Under the pieces are notes generated by a model that did no database searches, had not been told where the DNA came from, and saw nothing but the letters and a program-made list of their open reading frames with translations. From the NCBI GenBank assembly GCA_963662715.1, contig OY759724.1, positions 1,626,662-1,690,661 of the forward strand: DNA of 64,000 nt, given 5' to 3'. The position numbers and the translations under genes were made by a program. Shown here piece by piece: positions 1-9,525 of this stretch. The DNA comes from Candidatus Omnitrophota bacterium (GTDB lineage: Bacteria > Omnitrophota > Gorgyraeia > Zapsychrales > JANLHA01). The number at the start of each line of letters is the position of its first letter. Within the stretch, counting starts at the first letter, position 1.

Positions 1-1
1 T

Positions 2-343
2 TATAAGGAGGACCGGCTGAACGACCCGATGCTGAACGACACTCACATCCTAGCCCTTGATTTGGCAACTCAGGAGGAATTAGACGTTATTAAAGAGCTC
101 ACGTTTAAGATCAACGACCTTATGACGAGGTTTTTCAAGTCTTTGAATATTACTTTGGTGGATTTTAAGCTGGAGTTCGGACGTTATAAAGATCAAATTA
201 TTCTTGCGGATGAAATTTCGCCGGATACTTGCCGCTTATGGGAAATTGGGACTGGACGAAAGCTGGATAAAGACCGTTTCCGAAAGGACTTAGGCGATAT
301 AGAAGAAGCCTACCAAGAAGTTTTGTGCCGGGTAAGCCGTTAA
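2..343 (+). CDS. purC: SAICAR synthetase (PurC), 3' partial (gene starts upstream of window)
   Basis: Frame-2 ORF running in from the window edge. C-terminal region 'LVDFKLEFG...SPDTCRLWE...DKDRFRKDLG' is typical PurC. Stop TAA at 341-343. Confidence 0.8.
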   Translation, partial: YKEDRLNDPMLNDTHILALDLATQEELDVIKELTFKINDLMTRFFKSLNITLVDFKLEFGRYKDQIILADEISPDTCRLWEIGTGRKLDKDRFRKDLGDIEEAYQEVLCRVSR

Positions 344-383
344 TCTATCTGCTATGAACCTTCCCGTGCTTCTGTATTCATTA

Positions 384-406
384 CAATGTTGACAGATATA
401 ACATTG
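384..406. promoter_or_regulatory. Palindrome caatgtt-N9-aacattg embedding a TTGACA hexamer, 15 bp upstream of purL start
   Basis: Read directly: CAATGTT gacagatat AACATTG (7-bp arms). TTGACA at 389-394. Sits in the 78-bp purC-purL gap. Confidence 0.3.
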
Positions 407-421
407 GTTCCTTAAGATCCG

Positions 422-3388
422 GTGTCTGGGGAACAAACGCTCATCAAAGATAACCTGTTTTATTTTAATAAGTCATGTCCAATGATTTGGCGTATTGAGA
501 TCAAAGAAAAATCAGAAATTTTTGATGCTTTAGGAGAAAGTGTTCTAAAGGACATCCTCGGCCTGGGCATTTCGACGATAACCCGCGTGGGCGTCACGCA
601 CGTCTATACGATAAAATCCGCCTTAACAGAAAAACAGATCCAGCGGGTTGCCTCTCAGCTTCTGGTTGATCCTGTTACCCAGGATTACCGGTGTTTTCCT
701 CTGGAGCGATATGCCTCCGTTGAGCAGAAAAACAGTTCCCGGACCGAGATAGAAATCGCTTATAACCCGGGGGTCATGGATCCTGTCGAGGCTTCGACCA
801 TTAAAGGGATCAAAGACCTGGGGCTTGAAAGCGTGGCTTGGGTGCGGACTGCCAAAAAGTATTATTTGTATGGCCAACTGACCCGGAAACAGACTGAGTT
901 GATTATTGAAAAAGTCCTGTCGAATAAACTTATTCAGCATGCCGTGGAAGACCCCGTTTCCTCTTATGGCGATATTTCCGTTGCCGGCGCCTCGAAAGAC
1001 AATATTCACACGATTGATATTTTATCCATGTCGGACCGTCGCCTGTCGAAACTGAGCGAAGAGGGGCAGCTGTTCCTGAACCTGGAAGAAATGAAAACGA
1101 TTCAGGAATATTATCAGGCCAGGAAACGGAACCCGACGGATTGTGAATTGGAGACTATTGCGCAAACCTGGAGTGAACATTGTCATCATAAAACGTTCCG
1201 GGGCAAGATACATTACGAGTATGAAGAAAACGGACAGACCAAGACGAAGCTGATAAGAAATCTTTTAAAGTCCACGATTATTAAAGCGACAGAGAAAAAT
1301 AATAAATCGTGGTGTGTGTCCGTGTTCCATGATAATGCCGGAGTTATTAAGTTTGATAAGGATACGAATGTCTGTTTCAAGGTCGAAACTCATAACCATC
1401 CTTCGGCTCTGGAACCGTTCGGCGGGGCGAATACCGGCATCGGCGGCGTGATCCGCGATATCTTGGGGACGGGACTGGGGGCCAAGCCTATCTGCAATAC
1501 GGACGTTTTTTGTTTTGCTCCTCCTGATTGCGCGGCAGAAGATCTTCCGGCCGGGACATTGCATCCGAAACGTATTATGAAGGGGGTTGTCTCCGGGGTG
1601 CGGGATTACGGCAATAAAATGGGGATCCCGACGGTTAACGGGGCGATTCTTTTCGACAAGGGGTTTATCGGAAATCCGTTGGTTTATTGCGGCAATGTCG
1701 GGCTGATTCCCAAAGGAAAGGAATTTAAAAAGGTTTCGAAGGGGGACTGCATTGTTGTGGTCGGAGGCCGGACAGGCCGGGACGGTATCCATGGGGCGAC
1801 TTTTTCCTCGGCGGAATTAACCGATGCCTCGGAAGTTGTGTCTTCCGGAGCCGTACAGATCGGGGATCCTATTCAAGAAAAGAAGGTCCTGGATTGTCTT
1901 TTGCATGCCCGGGACAGGGATCTTTATCGTGCTATCACGGACTGCGGGGCCGGAGGGCTCTCCTCGGCTGTCGGGGAAATGGGCGAGGATCTTGGGGCGC
2001 GGGTTGACCTTGAAAAAGTCCCGTTAAAGTATCAGGGGCTCTCTTACATGGAGATCTGGATTTCCGAATCTCAGGAACGCATGGTTTTGGCTGTCAGTCC
2101 CGGTAATGTTAAGGCTTTGTTAGCTGTTTTTGAAGAAGAGAATGTGGAAGCCACCGTGATAGGAACTTTTTCCGGCACCAGGCGGCTGGAACTGTTTTTT
2201 TACGGCCGGAAGGTCTGTGACCTGGATATGGAGTTTTTGCATCATGGTGTCCCGGACATCACAAAGAAGGCCTGCTGGAAACCGCTCCGGAGAAAACAAC
2301 CGCAGGTTCAGTGTGCGGAGGTTTTAACCCCGGACCTTTTAGATGCGCTCTCGCATTATAATGTCTGCTCCAAGGAGTGGGTGATCCGCCAGTATGATCA
2401 TGAGGTTCAGGGAGGGAGTGTCATTAAGCCTTTGGTGGGGGCGCAATGTGACGGCCCTTCAGATGCCAGTGTCATCCGGCCTCACCTGAATTCCCGGAAA
2501 GGACTTGCGGTTTCTAACGGGATTAATATCCTTTACGGGAAAATCGATCCTTACTGGATGGCGGCTGCCTGTATCGATGAAGCTGTCCGTCAGATCATCG
2601 CTGTAGGGGGGAACCCCGACCGTATCGCTATTTTAGATAATTTTTGCTGGGGCAATCCGGACAAACCGGATCGTCTCGGCGGGCTTGTCCGGGCGGCGCA
2701 GGGATGTTATAAGGCTTCCGTCGGATACGGCGTCCCGTTTATCTCCGGGAAAGACAGCCTGTATAACGAGTACACCCTGGATAAGAAATCCATCGCCATC
2801 CCCGGCACCCTGCTTATTTCTGCCATCGGAGTCGTTGAGGATGTCTCCCGCTGTGTGACCATGGATTTCAAGAAAGCGGGGAATTTGATTTATCTTATCG
2901 GAGAAACATATGATGAATTAGGCGGGTCGATTTATTATGATACTCTGGGTGTTCTGGGCTGTGATGTGCCGCAGGTTCGTCTCAGCAAGGGGAAGAAAAA
3001 TTTTGCTGCGGTTGCCCAGGCGGTTCGTCAGGGATGCGTGGTTTCTCTGCATGATTGTTCGGAAGGAGGCCTGGGGGTGGCTCTGGCTGAGATGTCTTTC
3101 AGCGGCGGATTGGGGGTCACGGCTCAGCTGAAGCATGTTTGTTATCGGGGAGAAAACCTACGGAATGATCATATACTATTTTCGGAATCCACATCCCGTT
3201 TCCTGGCGGAAGTCAGCCCCGGGCGACAAAAAGCTTTTGAGAAGATTATGGGAACAGCGGCTTGCCGGTGTATCGGCCGGGTGGAGGAAAGTCCGGAGTT
3301 CGTCATTTACGGGATTGATGAGCGTGTCTGTGTTAATGTGTTGATCCAGGATCTCAAGAAAGCATGGCGGCAGCCGTTAAGCTGGTGA
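422..3388 (+). CDS. purL: Phosphoribosylformylglycinamidine synthase, PurS-PurL fusion (FGAM synthase II with N-terminal PurS-like domain)
   Basis: 988 aa. The N-terminal ~80 aa 'IEIKEKSEIFDALGESVLKDILGLGISTITRVGVTHVY' resembles PurS. The rest has AIR-synthase-related PurL repeats (DNAGV, 'GDPIQEK', two PurM-like halves). GTG start at 422; an alternative ATG lies ~482. Confidence 0.9.
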   Translation: MSGEQTLIKDNLFYFNKSCPMIWRIEIKEKSEIFDALGESVLKDILGLGISTITRVGVTHVYTIKSALTEKQIQRVASQLLVDPVTQDYRCFPLERYASVEQKNSSRTEIEIAYNPGVMDPVEASTIKGIKDLGLESVAWVRTAKKYYLYGQLTRKQTELIIEKVLSNKLIQHAVEDPVSSYGDISVAGASKDNIHTIDILSMSDRRLSKLSEEGQLFLNLEEMKTIQEYYQARKRNPTDCELETIAQTWSEHCHHKTFRGKIHYEYEENGQTKTKLIRNLLKSTIIKATEKNNKSWCVSVFHDNAGVIKFDKDTNVCFKVETHNHPSALEPFGGANTGIGGVIRDILGTGLGAKPICNTDVFCFAPPDCAAEDLPAGTLHPKRIMKGVVSGVRDYGNKMGIPTVNGAILFDKGFIGNPLVYCGNVGLIPKGKEFKKVSKGDCIVVVGGRTGRDGIHGATFSSAELTDASEVVSSGAVQIGDPIQEKKVLDCLLHARDRDLYRAITDCGAGGLSSAVGEMGEDLGARVDLEKVPLKYQGLSYMEIWISESQERMVLAVSPGNVKALLAVFEEENVEATVIGTFSGTRRLELFFYGRKVCDLDMEFLHHGVPDITKKACWKPLRRKQPQVQCAEVLTPDLLDALSHYNVCSKEWVIRQYDHEVQGGSVIKPLVGAQCDGPSDASVIRPHLNSRKGLAVSNGINILYGKIDPYWMAAACIDEAVRQIIAVGGNPDRIAILDNFCWGNPDKPDRLGGLVRAAQGCYKASVGYGVPFISGKDSLYNEYTLDKKSIAIPGTLLISAIGVVEDVSRCVTMDFKKAGNLIYLIGETYDELGGSIYYDTLGVLGCDVPQVRLSKGKKNFAAVAQAVRQGCVVSLHDCSEGGLGVALAEMSFSGGLGVTAQLKHVCYRGENLRNDHILFSESTSRFLAEVSPGRQKAFEKIMGTAACRCIGRVEESPEFVIYGIDERVCVNVLIQDLKKAWRQPLSW

Positions 3389-3475
3389 TCATCGGCGCAG
3401 GAATATGGGCGGGGAGTGTTTTTACGGTGAAAAGAAGGGAACTTTAAAGGCAATAACAAAAAGACAAGGTGGTGC

Positions 3476-4138
3476 GTGATGACAGCAGGACGAAGATCGG
3501 CGGACGAGATCAATAATATGGAAGATCCGTGGCGCGTTTTTCGGATTATGGCCGAGTTTGTCGACGGGTTTCATCAGCTCTCGCAGATAGGGGACGCAGT
3601 GACTATCTTCGGATCCGCCCGGACAACACCCAGTCATCCGATGTATAAAAAGGCGGTTAAGACCGCGGAACTGCTCGTGAAGGAAGGGTATAGTATCATT
3701 ACCGGCGGGGGGCCGGGGATCATGGAGGCCGCCAACAAAGGGGCGTTTGTTGAGCCGGAGCGGTCCATCGGGTTGAATATTGAACTGCCTTTTGAGCAAA
3801 AACCGAATAAATATATTTCCCGGCTTATTAATTTTCATTATTTCTTTTGCCGTAAAGTTATGTTCGTGAAATATGCCAAAGCTTTTGTCATTTTTCCGGG
3901 GGGGTTCGGAACCTTGGATGAATTTTTCGAAAGCATCACGCTGATTCAGACCGAACGCATTAACCGCTTCCCCGTTGTCTTGTTCGGGACAGATTACTGG
4001 AAAGGTCTGGTGCAATGGCTGGAAAACACCTTGCTGACGGAAGGTAATATCCATAAGAGGGATATGGATATCTTTTCTGTCGTCGATAAACCCGAGGATG
4101 TCATTAAATCTATCCGTCGTTTTTATAAGAGAAAGTAA
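3476..4138 (+). CDS. LOG family protein (cytokinin riboside 5'-monophosphate phosphoribohydrolase-like / TIGR00730)
   Basis: Motifs 'ITGGGPGIMEAANKGA' and 'PGGFGTLDEFFE'. RBS AAGGTGG lies 6 nt upstream of the ATG. The overlapping 242-aa minus-strand ORF has no recognisable motifs. Confidence 0.85.
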   Translation: MMTAGRRSADEINNMEDPWRVFRIMAEFVDGFHQLSQIGDAVTIFGSARTTPSHPMYKKAVKTAELLVKEGYSIITGGGPGIMEAANKGAFVEPERSIGLNIELPFEQKPNKYISRLINFHYFFCRKVMFVKYAKAFVIFPGGFGTLDEFFESITLIQTERINRFPVVLFGTDYWKGLVQWLENTLLTEGNIHKRDMDIFSVVDKPEDVIKSIRRFYKRK

Positions 4139-4139
4139 G

Positions 4140-4952
4140 ATGAAAAACAAAGCGCGAGTTGTTGTGTTGCGTACGGCAGGGACAAACTGCGACGCGGAGA
4201 CGGCCTATGCTTTCACGGAAAGCGGCGCGTGTGTTGATCTAGTCCATATGAACAGGTTTTCCCGCCGACAAGTCCTGTTGAAGGATTATCATATCCTGGC
4301 CATCCCGGGAGGCTTTACCTACGGCGACGACATTATGTCGGGGCGTATTTTGGCGAACGAGCTGCGGTTGAGCTTGGGGAAAGATATCGAGGACTTTATT
4401 GCTTCCGGGAAATTAATTATCGGAATCTGCAACGGATTTCAGGTTCTGGTCCGTGCAGGTATTTTGCCCGGCCCGCTTGAGGGGGACAGCGTCTGGCATC
4501 AGGGTGTGCCGCAAACGGTGAGCCTTTGTCATAATGATTCGGGAAAATTTGAGGACCGCTGGGTTCATCTCCAGCTTAGCGGGGAGTCTGTCTGGACAAA
4601 AGGACTGCCCAACATCGTTTTTTTTCCTGTCGCCCATGCGGAAGGAAAGTTCGTTCCCGGAGATGACCGTGTTGTAGATATCTTGAAAGGGAACGGACAG
4701 GTGGTTTTCCGTTATTGTTCCGCAGACGGAGACGCCGTGTCTTATCCCGGCAACCCCAACGGTTCGGTTGATCATATCGCCGGGATTACGGACAGGACCG
4801 GCCGTATCCTGGGGCTTATGCCGCATCCGGAACGGCATTTTCATTTTACGCAGCATCCTTTTTGGACACGGCTGGAGAAGAGTTCTGACTATGGAGACGG
4901 GGCCGGAATTTTTGAAAACGGCGTCAGGTATGTTCAGGAGAATTTATTATAA
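4140..4952 (+). CDS. purQ: Phosphoribosylformylglycinamidine synthase I, glutamine amidotransferase subunit (PurQ)
   Basis: 'MKNKARVVVLRTAGTNCDAETAYAF' and 'LAIPGGFTYGDD...GICNGFQVL' are the class-I GATase catalytic Cys context. The ATG sits 1 nt after the LOG stop. Confidence 0.9.
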   Translation: MKNKARVVVLRTAGTNCDAETAYAFTESGACVDLVHMNRFSRRQVLLKDYHILAIPGGFTYGDDIMSGRILANELRLSLGKDIEDFIASGKLIIGICNGFQVLVRAGILPGPLEGDSVWHQGVPQTVSLCHNDSGKFEDRWVHLQLSGESVWTKGLPNIVFFPVAHAEGKFVPGDDRVVDILKGNGQVVFRYCSADGDAVSYPGNPNGSVDHIAGITDRTGRILGLMPHPERHFHFTQHPFWTRLEKSSDYGDGAGIFENGVRYVQENLL

Positions 4953-4971
4953 GGACGCCACAGGATATATT

Positions 4972-5982
4972 ATGAAATCAGTCACATATAAATCAAGCGG
5001 GGTGGATATTGACCGGGCTAATGCTTTTGTCCGTTCGATCAAAAAGATGACCCGGACGACGTTCTCTTCTCCGTTGCCTTCGGCTTTAGGCGGGTTCGGA
5101 AGTTTGTTCCCGTTCCCCCGGCAGAAGTACCGGGAGCCTGTGCTGGTCTCATCCACGGACGGCGTGGGGACAAAACTTCTTATCGCCCAGGCTTTGGGCC
5201 GGCATGATACGGTCGGGATTGACTGTGTGGCTATGAATGTTAATGATATCTTGTGTTCCGGTGCCCAACCGCTTTTTTTTCTCGACTATATCGCCTGCGG
5301 AAAGTTGCAGCCCGGAATTCTGCAACAGGTCGTCAAAGGCATCGTCAAAGGTTGCCGTCAGTCCGGGTGCGGTCTTATTGGCGGAGAAACGGCTGAGATG
5401 CCCGGGATGTACGGTGCGGATGAATACGATCTGGCAGGATTTTCCGTCGGGGTCGTTGATAAAAAGAACATTGTCGACGGCTCCGGTATCGTTCCCGGAG
5501 ATCAGCTGATTGGGCTGGCCTCCAACGGGCTTCATTCCAACGGATTCAGCCTGGTTCGGAAAGTTTTTTCGCCGGAAGAGCAGAAGATGTTATCCAGGGA
5601 GTTGCTGAAACCGACCCGCATTTATGTCCAGGAAGTGCTGGAAGCTTTGAAGCTTTATCCTATTAAAGGAATGGCCCATATAACGGGAGGGGCCTATTAT
5701 GAAAAATTAACGAAAATTGTTCCGCCCGGACATTGTTTTGTCATCAACCGTCAGGCCTGGCCTGTCCCTAAAATGTTTCAGATGATTCAGACGAAAGGCC
5801 TGGTTCCCGATGAGGATATGTATAAGACTTTCAACATGGGGCTGGGAATGGTTTTGGTTGTCCGCCCTGAGGATGCGCAGCCTGTGAAACATTTTTTTGC
5901 CAAAAAACGCATAAAAGCCTATAGGATAGGAGAAGTGGTTAAAGATAGAAAGAAGAAAGTTAAAATTGTTAAGGGCCCATAG
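4972..5982 (+). CDS. purM: Phosphoribosylformylglycinamidine cyclo-ligase (AIR synthetase, PurM)
   Basis: 'YKSSGVDIDRANAFV...VSSTDGVGTKLLIA...GGETAEMPGMY' are PurM hallmarks. The internal ATG at 4972 gives the typical ~337 aa. The ORF-track start at 4768 overlaps purQ. Confidence 0.9.
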   Translation: MKSVTYKSSGVDIDRANAFVRSIKKMTRTTFSSPLPSALGGFGSLFPFPRQKYREPVLVSSTDGVGTKLLIAQALGRHDTVGIDCVAMNVNDILCSGAQPLFFLDYIACGKLQPGILQQVVKGIVKGCRQSGCGLIGGETAEMPGMYGADEYDLAGFSVGVVDKKNIVDGSGIVPGDQLIGLASNGLHSNGFSLVRKVFSPEEQKMLSRELLKPTRIYVQEVLEALKLYPIKGMAHITGGAYYEKLTKIVPPGHCFVINRQAWPVPKMFQMIQTKGLVPDEDMYKTFNMGLGMVLVVRPEDAQPVKHFFAKKRIKAYRIGEVVKDRKKKVKIVKGP

Positions 5983-6057
5983 CCCTTGTGGCATGATTTG
6001 ACGGGAGCGCGGGAGCCGTGTCAACTCATGAACGCTTAATGGATAGAGGGAGTGATT

Positions 6058-7341
6058 ATGAATGTCCTGGTGGTTGGTTCCGGCGGACGTGAACATGTTC
6101 TTGCCTGGAAGCTGAAGCAAAGTGCGAGAGTGAAAAATGTTTTTTGTGCTCCGGGCAACGGGGGGATGGCGGAGTTTGCGGAGTGTCTGCCTGTCGATGC
6201 GACGGACATAGACGCTTTAGTGAAGTTAGCCAAGGGAAAGAGCGTGGATTTGACAATCGTAGGTCCTGAAGCCCCGCTGGTCAAAGGGATTGTTGATGCT
6301 TTTCACCTGAAAGGGCTGACGGTTTTCGGGCCGAGTCAAAAAGCGGCTATGCTCGAGGGGAGCAAGGTTTTTGCCAAACAATTTATGCAGCGATATAAAA
6401 TACCCACAGCTGATTTTAAGATTTTTGATCAGGCGCAAGAAGCCAGACGTTTTTTGGAGCAGACACGTTTCCCCATCGTTATTAAAGCGGATGGATTGGC
6501 GGCGGGGAAAGGGGTTTTTGTCTGTCAGAATCTTGAGGAAGGGCTGGAGGCTCTTGAGCAGACGATGGTTCAAAAGGTCTTTCAGGACGCGGGACAGAAA
6601 ATTGTTGTTGAGGAATGTCTGACCGGAGAAGAAGTTTCTATCCTCGCCGTTAGTGACGGCATGAATTACGTGCTTCTGGATTCTTCCCAGGATCATAAAA
6701 GGATATTCGATGATGATCTGGGGCCCAACACCGGAGGGATGGGCGCGTATTCCCCGGCCCCGGTCGCCACGAAAAGCAGGCTTTATCATATTGATAAATA
6801 TATTATTGCTCCGACGATCAGAGGCATGTCGCAAGACGGGTGTCCTTTTCAGGGCGTGCTTTATGCCGGCCTGATGATGACAGCTGACGGGCCTAAAGTT
6901 TTGGAATACAATGTCCGGTTCGGTGATCCGGAAGCCCAGGTCGTTTTGCCGCGGCTTAAGAATGATTTGGCGGACCTTCTGCTGGCGGCGAGCCAGGGAC
7001 AGCTTGACGACGTATCCTTGGAATGGGATCAAAGAAGCTGCGTCTGCGTTGTGATGAGCTCGGGAGGGTATCCCGGAGACTATGAGAAAGGTAAGGTTAT
7101 ATCAGGATTGGATCGTTTTTCTGACTCTGAGGATGTTGTTGTCTTTCATGCCGGCACAAAAAAGACAGAGTCCGGGGTTGTGACATCCGGCGGCCGGGTC
7201 TTGGGAGTGACCGCTTTGGGTGAGGGGGTTGAGGCGGCGATTCATAAAGCGTATCAGGCCGTTGAACAGATTCATTTCGACCGTTGCTTTTTCCGCCGGG
7301 ATATCGGGGCCAAAGCTTTGAAAAAGTGTCAAATGACATAA
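6058..7341 (+). CDS. purD: Phosphoribosylamine--glycine ligase (PurD)
   Basis: 'MNVLVVGSGGREHVLAWKL' N-terminus, an ATP-grasp core and 'GPKVLEYNVRFGDPE'. Confidence 0.9.
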   Translation: MNVLVVGSGGREHVLAWKLKQSARVKNVFCAPGNGGMAEFAECLPVDATDIDALVKLAKGKSVDLTIVGPEAPLVKGIVDAFHLKGLTVFGPSQKAAMLEGSKVFAKQFMQRYKIPTADFKIFDQAQEARRFLEQTRFPIVIKADGLAAGKGVFVCQNLEEGLEALEQTMVQKVFQDAGQKIVVEECLTGEEVSILAVSDGMNYVLLDSSQDHKRIFDDDLGPNTGGMGAYSPAPVATKSRLYHIDKYIIAPTIRGMSQDGCPFQGVLYAGLMMTADGPKVLEYNVRFGDPEAQVVLPRLKNDLADLLLAASQGQLDDVSLEWDQRSCVCVVMSSGGYPGDYEKGKVISGLDRFSDSEDVVVFHAGTKKTESGVVTSGGRVLGVTALGEGVEAAIHKAYQAVEQIHFDRCFFRRDIGAKALKKCQMT

Positions 7342-7387
7342 GAGAAAGTTTTTTGTCGTTTATCCTTTTAACGTAAGGAACAAAGGT

Positions 7388-7873
7388 ATGGAATCAATCC
7401 AAGTTGCAGTCATGATGGGAAGTCAGTCCGACGCCCCGACGATGCAGGAGACAGTCAAAATCCTTAAAGATTTTGGTGTCGGATGCGAGGTCAAGATTCT
7501 TTCAGCACACCGTACTCCGAAAGAAACGGCGGAATATGCCGAAGGCCTTCAAGCCCGCGGTATCCAGGTGGTTATTTGCGGTGCGGGAGGGTCCGCGGCT
7601 TTAGCCGGAGTTGTGGCCGCGCATACGTTGTTGCCCGTTATAGGAATTCCGATAGAATCTGTATTGCAGGGGATGGATTCTTTACTGTCCACGGTTCAGA
7701 TGCCTCCGGGCGTTCCGGTCGGCGGGGTTGCTATCGGTAAGCCGGGAGCGAAGAACGCGGCTTTGCTCGCATTGAGAATCTTGGCCTTACGGGACGGGTC
7801 CCTGGGGTCGAAGTTGCGGGAGTTCCAGGAGGCACAGAAACAGAAAATTCTGCAACAAAAGGTGGATTTTTGA
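7388..7873 (+). CDS. purE: N5-carboxyaminoimidazole ribonucleotide mutase (PurE)
   Basis: 'VAVMMGSQSDAPTM...KILSAHRTP...VVICGAGGSAALAGVVAAHTLLPVIGIP' is classical PurE. Confidence 0.9.
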   Translation: MESIQVAVMMGSQSDAPTMQETVKILKDFGVGCEVKILSAHRTPKETAEYAEGLQARGIQVVICGAGGSAALAGVVAAHTLLPVIGIPIESVLQGMDSLLSTVQMPPGVPVGGVAIGKPGAKNAALLALRILALRDGSLGSKLREFQEAQKQKILQQKVDF

Positions 7874-8934
7874 AAACCGAAATAGTCCCGATTAATTCAG
7901 ATTTCCCCGAACTGGATAAGATCGCTTATTGCGCAAAGGTCATCCGTCACGGGGGATTGGTGATTTTTCCCACGGAAACCGTCTATGGAATCGCGGCTGA
8001 TTATAATAATCCCAAAGCGATGGGCCGGTTGCGGGACGTTAAAAAACGGGCGGAGAATAAGCCTTTCTCTATCCATATTGCTCAAAAAGGTCTTGTGTAT
8101 AATTATACATCCATGACCGACCCGAGACTTTATAAATTGATCGATCACTGTTGGCCCGGCCCTTTAACTGTCATTGTCCCTTCCCGGGAAGCGGATCAGA
8201 CTATAGGTATTCGGATGCCGCAGAATAATATCGCCTTGATGCTTGTGCAGGAATCTCAATGTACGGTTGCGGCTCCATCGGCCAATTTTTCCGGCCAGCC
8301 TCCCCCTTCGACCTGTCAGGAGGCCTTGCGTGATCTGGACGGGTTGGTGGACGTGGCTATCGACGGAGGTTCAGCCCAACTTGGACTCGCCTCCTCGGTG
8401 GTTGATTTTACTCAGGGAGATCCGAAAATCCTGCGCGCAGGGGTCATTACCCAGGAAGAGGTGGATGCGATCACTCAAAAGAAATCCATTCTTTTTGTCT
8501 GTACCGGCAATAGCTGCCGGTCGGTGATGGCAGAATATTTATTGAGAGATTTTTTGCGTGGGCGCAATGATGTGGAGATATTTTCTGCGGGGACGGGGGT
8601 TTTCCTGCATTCCTCGGCCAGCAAAGAGACGCTGCATGTCCTTAGCCAGGAAGGGATCGATGCTTCTCTGCATGTGTCTCAGCCCGTAACGAATATTTTA
8701 TTGAATAAGTCGGATTTGATCCTCGTCATGACGCGTTCTCACCGTCAGCAGATCCTGGAGCGTTTGCCGGTTGTGGAAAATCGCGTGTACTTGTTGCGGG
8801 AATTTCATGACGAGCCGCTGTCGACCCACTTGAACCTGGATATCCCTGACCCGATTGGCAAGCCGGCTGAGGCCTATGAAGAATGTCTTATCATGATTAA
8901 GGAAGCTATACAGAAATTGGTTCATTTGATTTGA
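7870..8934 (+). CDS. tsaC: L-threonylcarbamoyladenylate synthase (TsaC/Sua5/YwlC-type) fused to a C-terminal low-molecular-weight protein phosphatase domain
   Basis: N-terminus 'VIFPTETVYGIAADYNNPKAMGRLRDVKKR' is the YrdC/Sua5 fold. C-terminus 'ILFVCTGNSCRSVMAEYL' is an LMW-PTP CX5R P-loop with a downstream 'DPIG' Asp loop. 4-nt overlap with purE. Confidence 0.85.
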   Translation: MKTEIVPINSDFPELDKIAYCAKVIRHGGLVIFPTETVYGIAADYNNPKAMGRLRDVKKRAENKPFSIHIAQKGLVYNYTSMTDPRLYKLIDHCWPGPLTVIVPSREADQTIGIRMPQNNIALMLVQESQCTVAAPSANFSGQPPPSTCQEALRDLDGLVDVAIDGGSAQLGLASSVVDFTQGDPKILRAGVITQEEVDAITQKKSILFVCTGNSCRSVMAEYLLRDFLRGRNDVEIFSAGTGVFLHSSASKETLHVLSQEGIDASLHVSQPVTNILLNKSDLILVMTRSHRQQILERLPVVENRVYLLREFHDEPLSTHLNLDIPDPIGKPAEAYEECLIMIKEAIQKLVHLI

Positions 8935-8990
8935 TTGGTTCAGGAATTGCCCGGTCTTTAAACAATATAAATATAAAACAGGACAAAAGA

Positions 8991-9476
8991 ATGAAGATTT
9001 TTATTGCCGCAGATCACAGAGGATTTTCCCTTAAAGCTTCCCTGAAAAAGATATTGTCGGGGAAAGGCCATGAGGTTATTGACGAAGGTTGTTATGAGGA
9101 GGGGCTAACATGCGATTATCCCGAATTTTCGTATAAAGTTGCGACAGCGGTAAGCCGTACGTCTGATTCCAGAGGCATTTTGGTCTGTTTGACGGGGATC
9201 GGGCATACGATTGCTGCGAATAAAGTTCCCGGTGCTTATGCGGCTTTATGTTACAATAAGCAAGCGGCGTTTTTATCCCGCGCCCATAACAATGCGAATA
9301 TTCTGGTCTTGGGGGCGCAATTTATTCCGGAGACGGATTTGAACGATATCGTGACGACGTGGTTGGAGACGGATTTTCAGGGCGGGCGGCATCTGCGTCG
9401 AGTCGAAAAGATCCGGGATATTGAAAAGAATTTTTTAAAAGTTATTCCGGCTCAGGAAGAGTCTTCCCCTTCTTAA
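8991..9476 (+). CDS. rpiB: Ribose-5-phosphate isomerase B (RpiB/LacAB family)
   Basis: '[15 protein letters not shown]...' and '[24 protein letters not shown]'. Internal ATG at 8991. Confidence 0.85.
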   Translation: MKIFIAADHRGFSLKASLKKILSGKGHEVIDEGCYEEGLTCDYPEFSYKVATAVSRTSDSRGILVCLTGIGHTIAANKVPGAYAALCYNKQAAFLSRAHNNANILVLGAQFIPETDLNDIVTTWLETDFQGGRHLRRVEKIRDIEKNFLKVIPAQEESSPS

Positions 9477-9525
9477 GGGACAGGGGATTTTTTTGGGGAA
9501 AAGGGTTTATGTAAAGGGGACACGA

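Noticed and set aside
3422-4150. 242-aa minus-strand ORF overlapping the LOG gene
   Set aside because: The + strand reading carries unmistakable LOG motifs (GGGPGIMEAANKGA, PGGFGTLDEFFE). The minus ORF is Arg/Pro-rich with no recognisable motif, so it is an antisense shadow.
6226-7032. 268-aa minus-strand ORF inside purD
   Set aside because: The PurD ATP-grasp motifs are clear on the + strand, so this is an antisense shadow.
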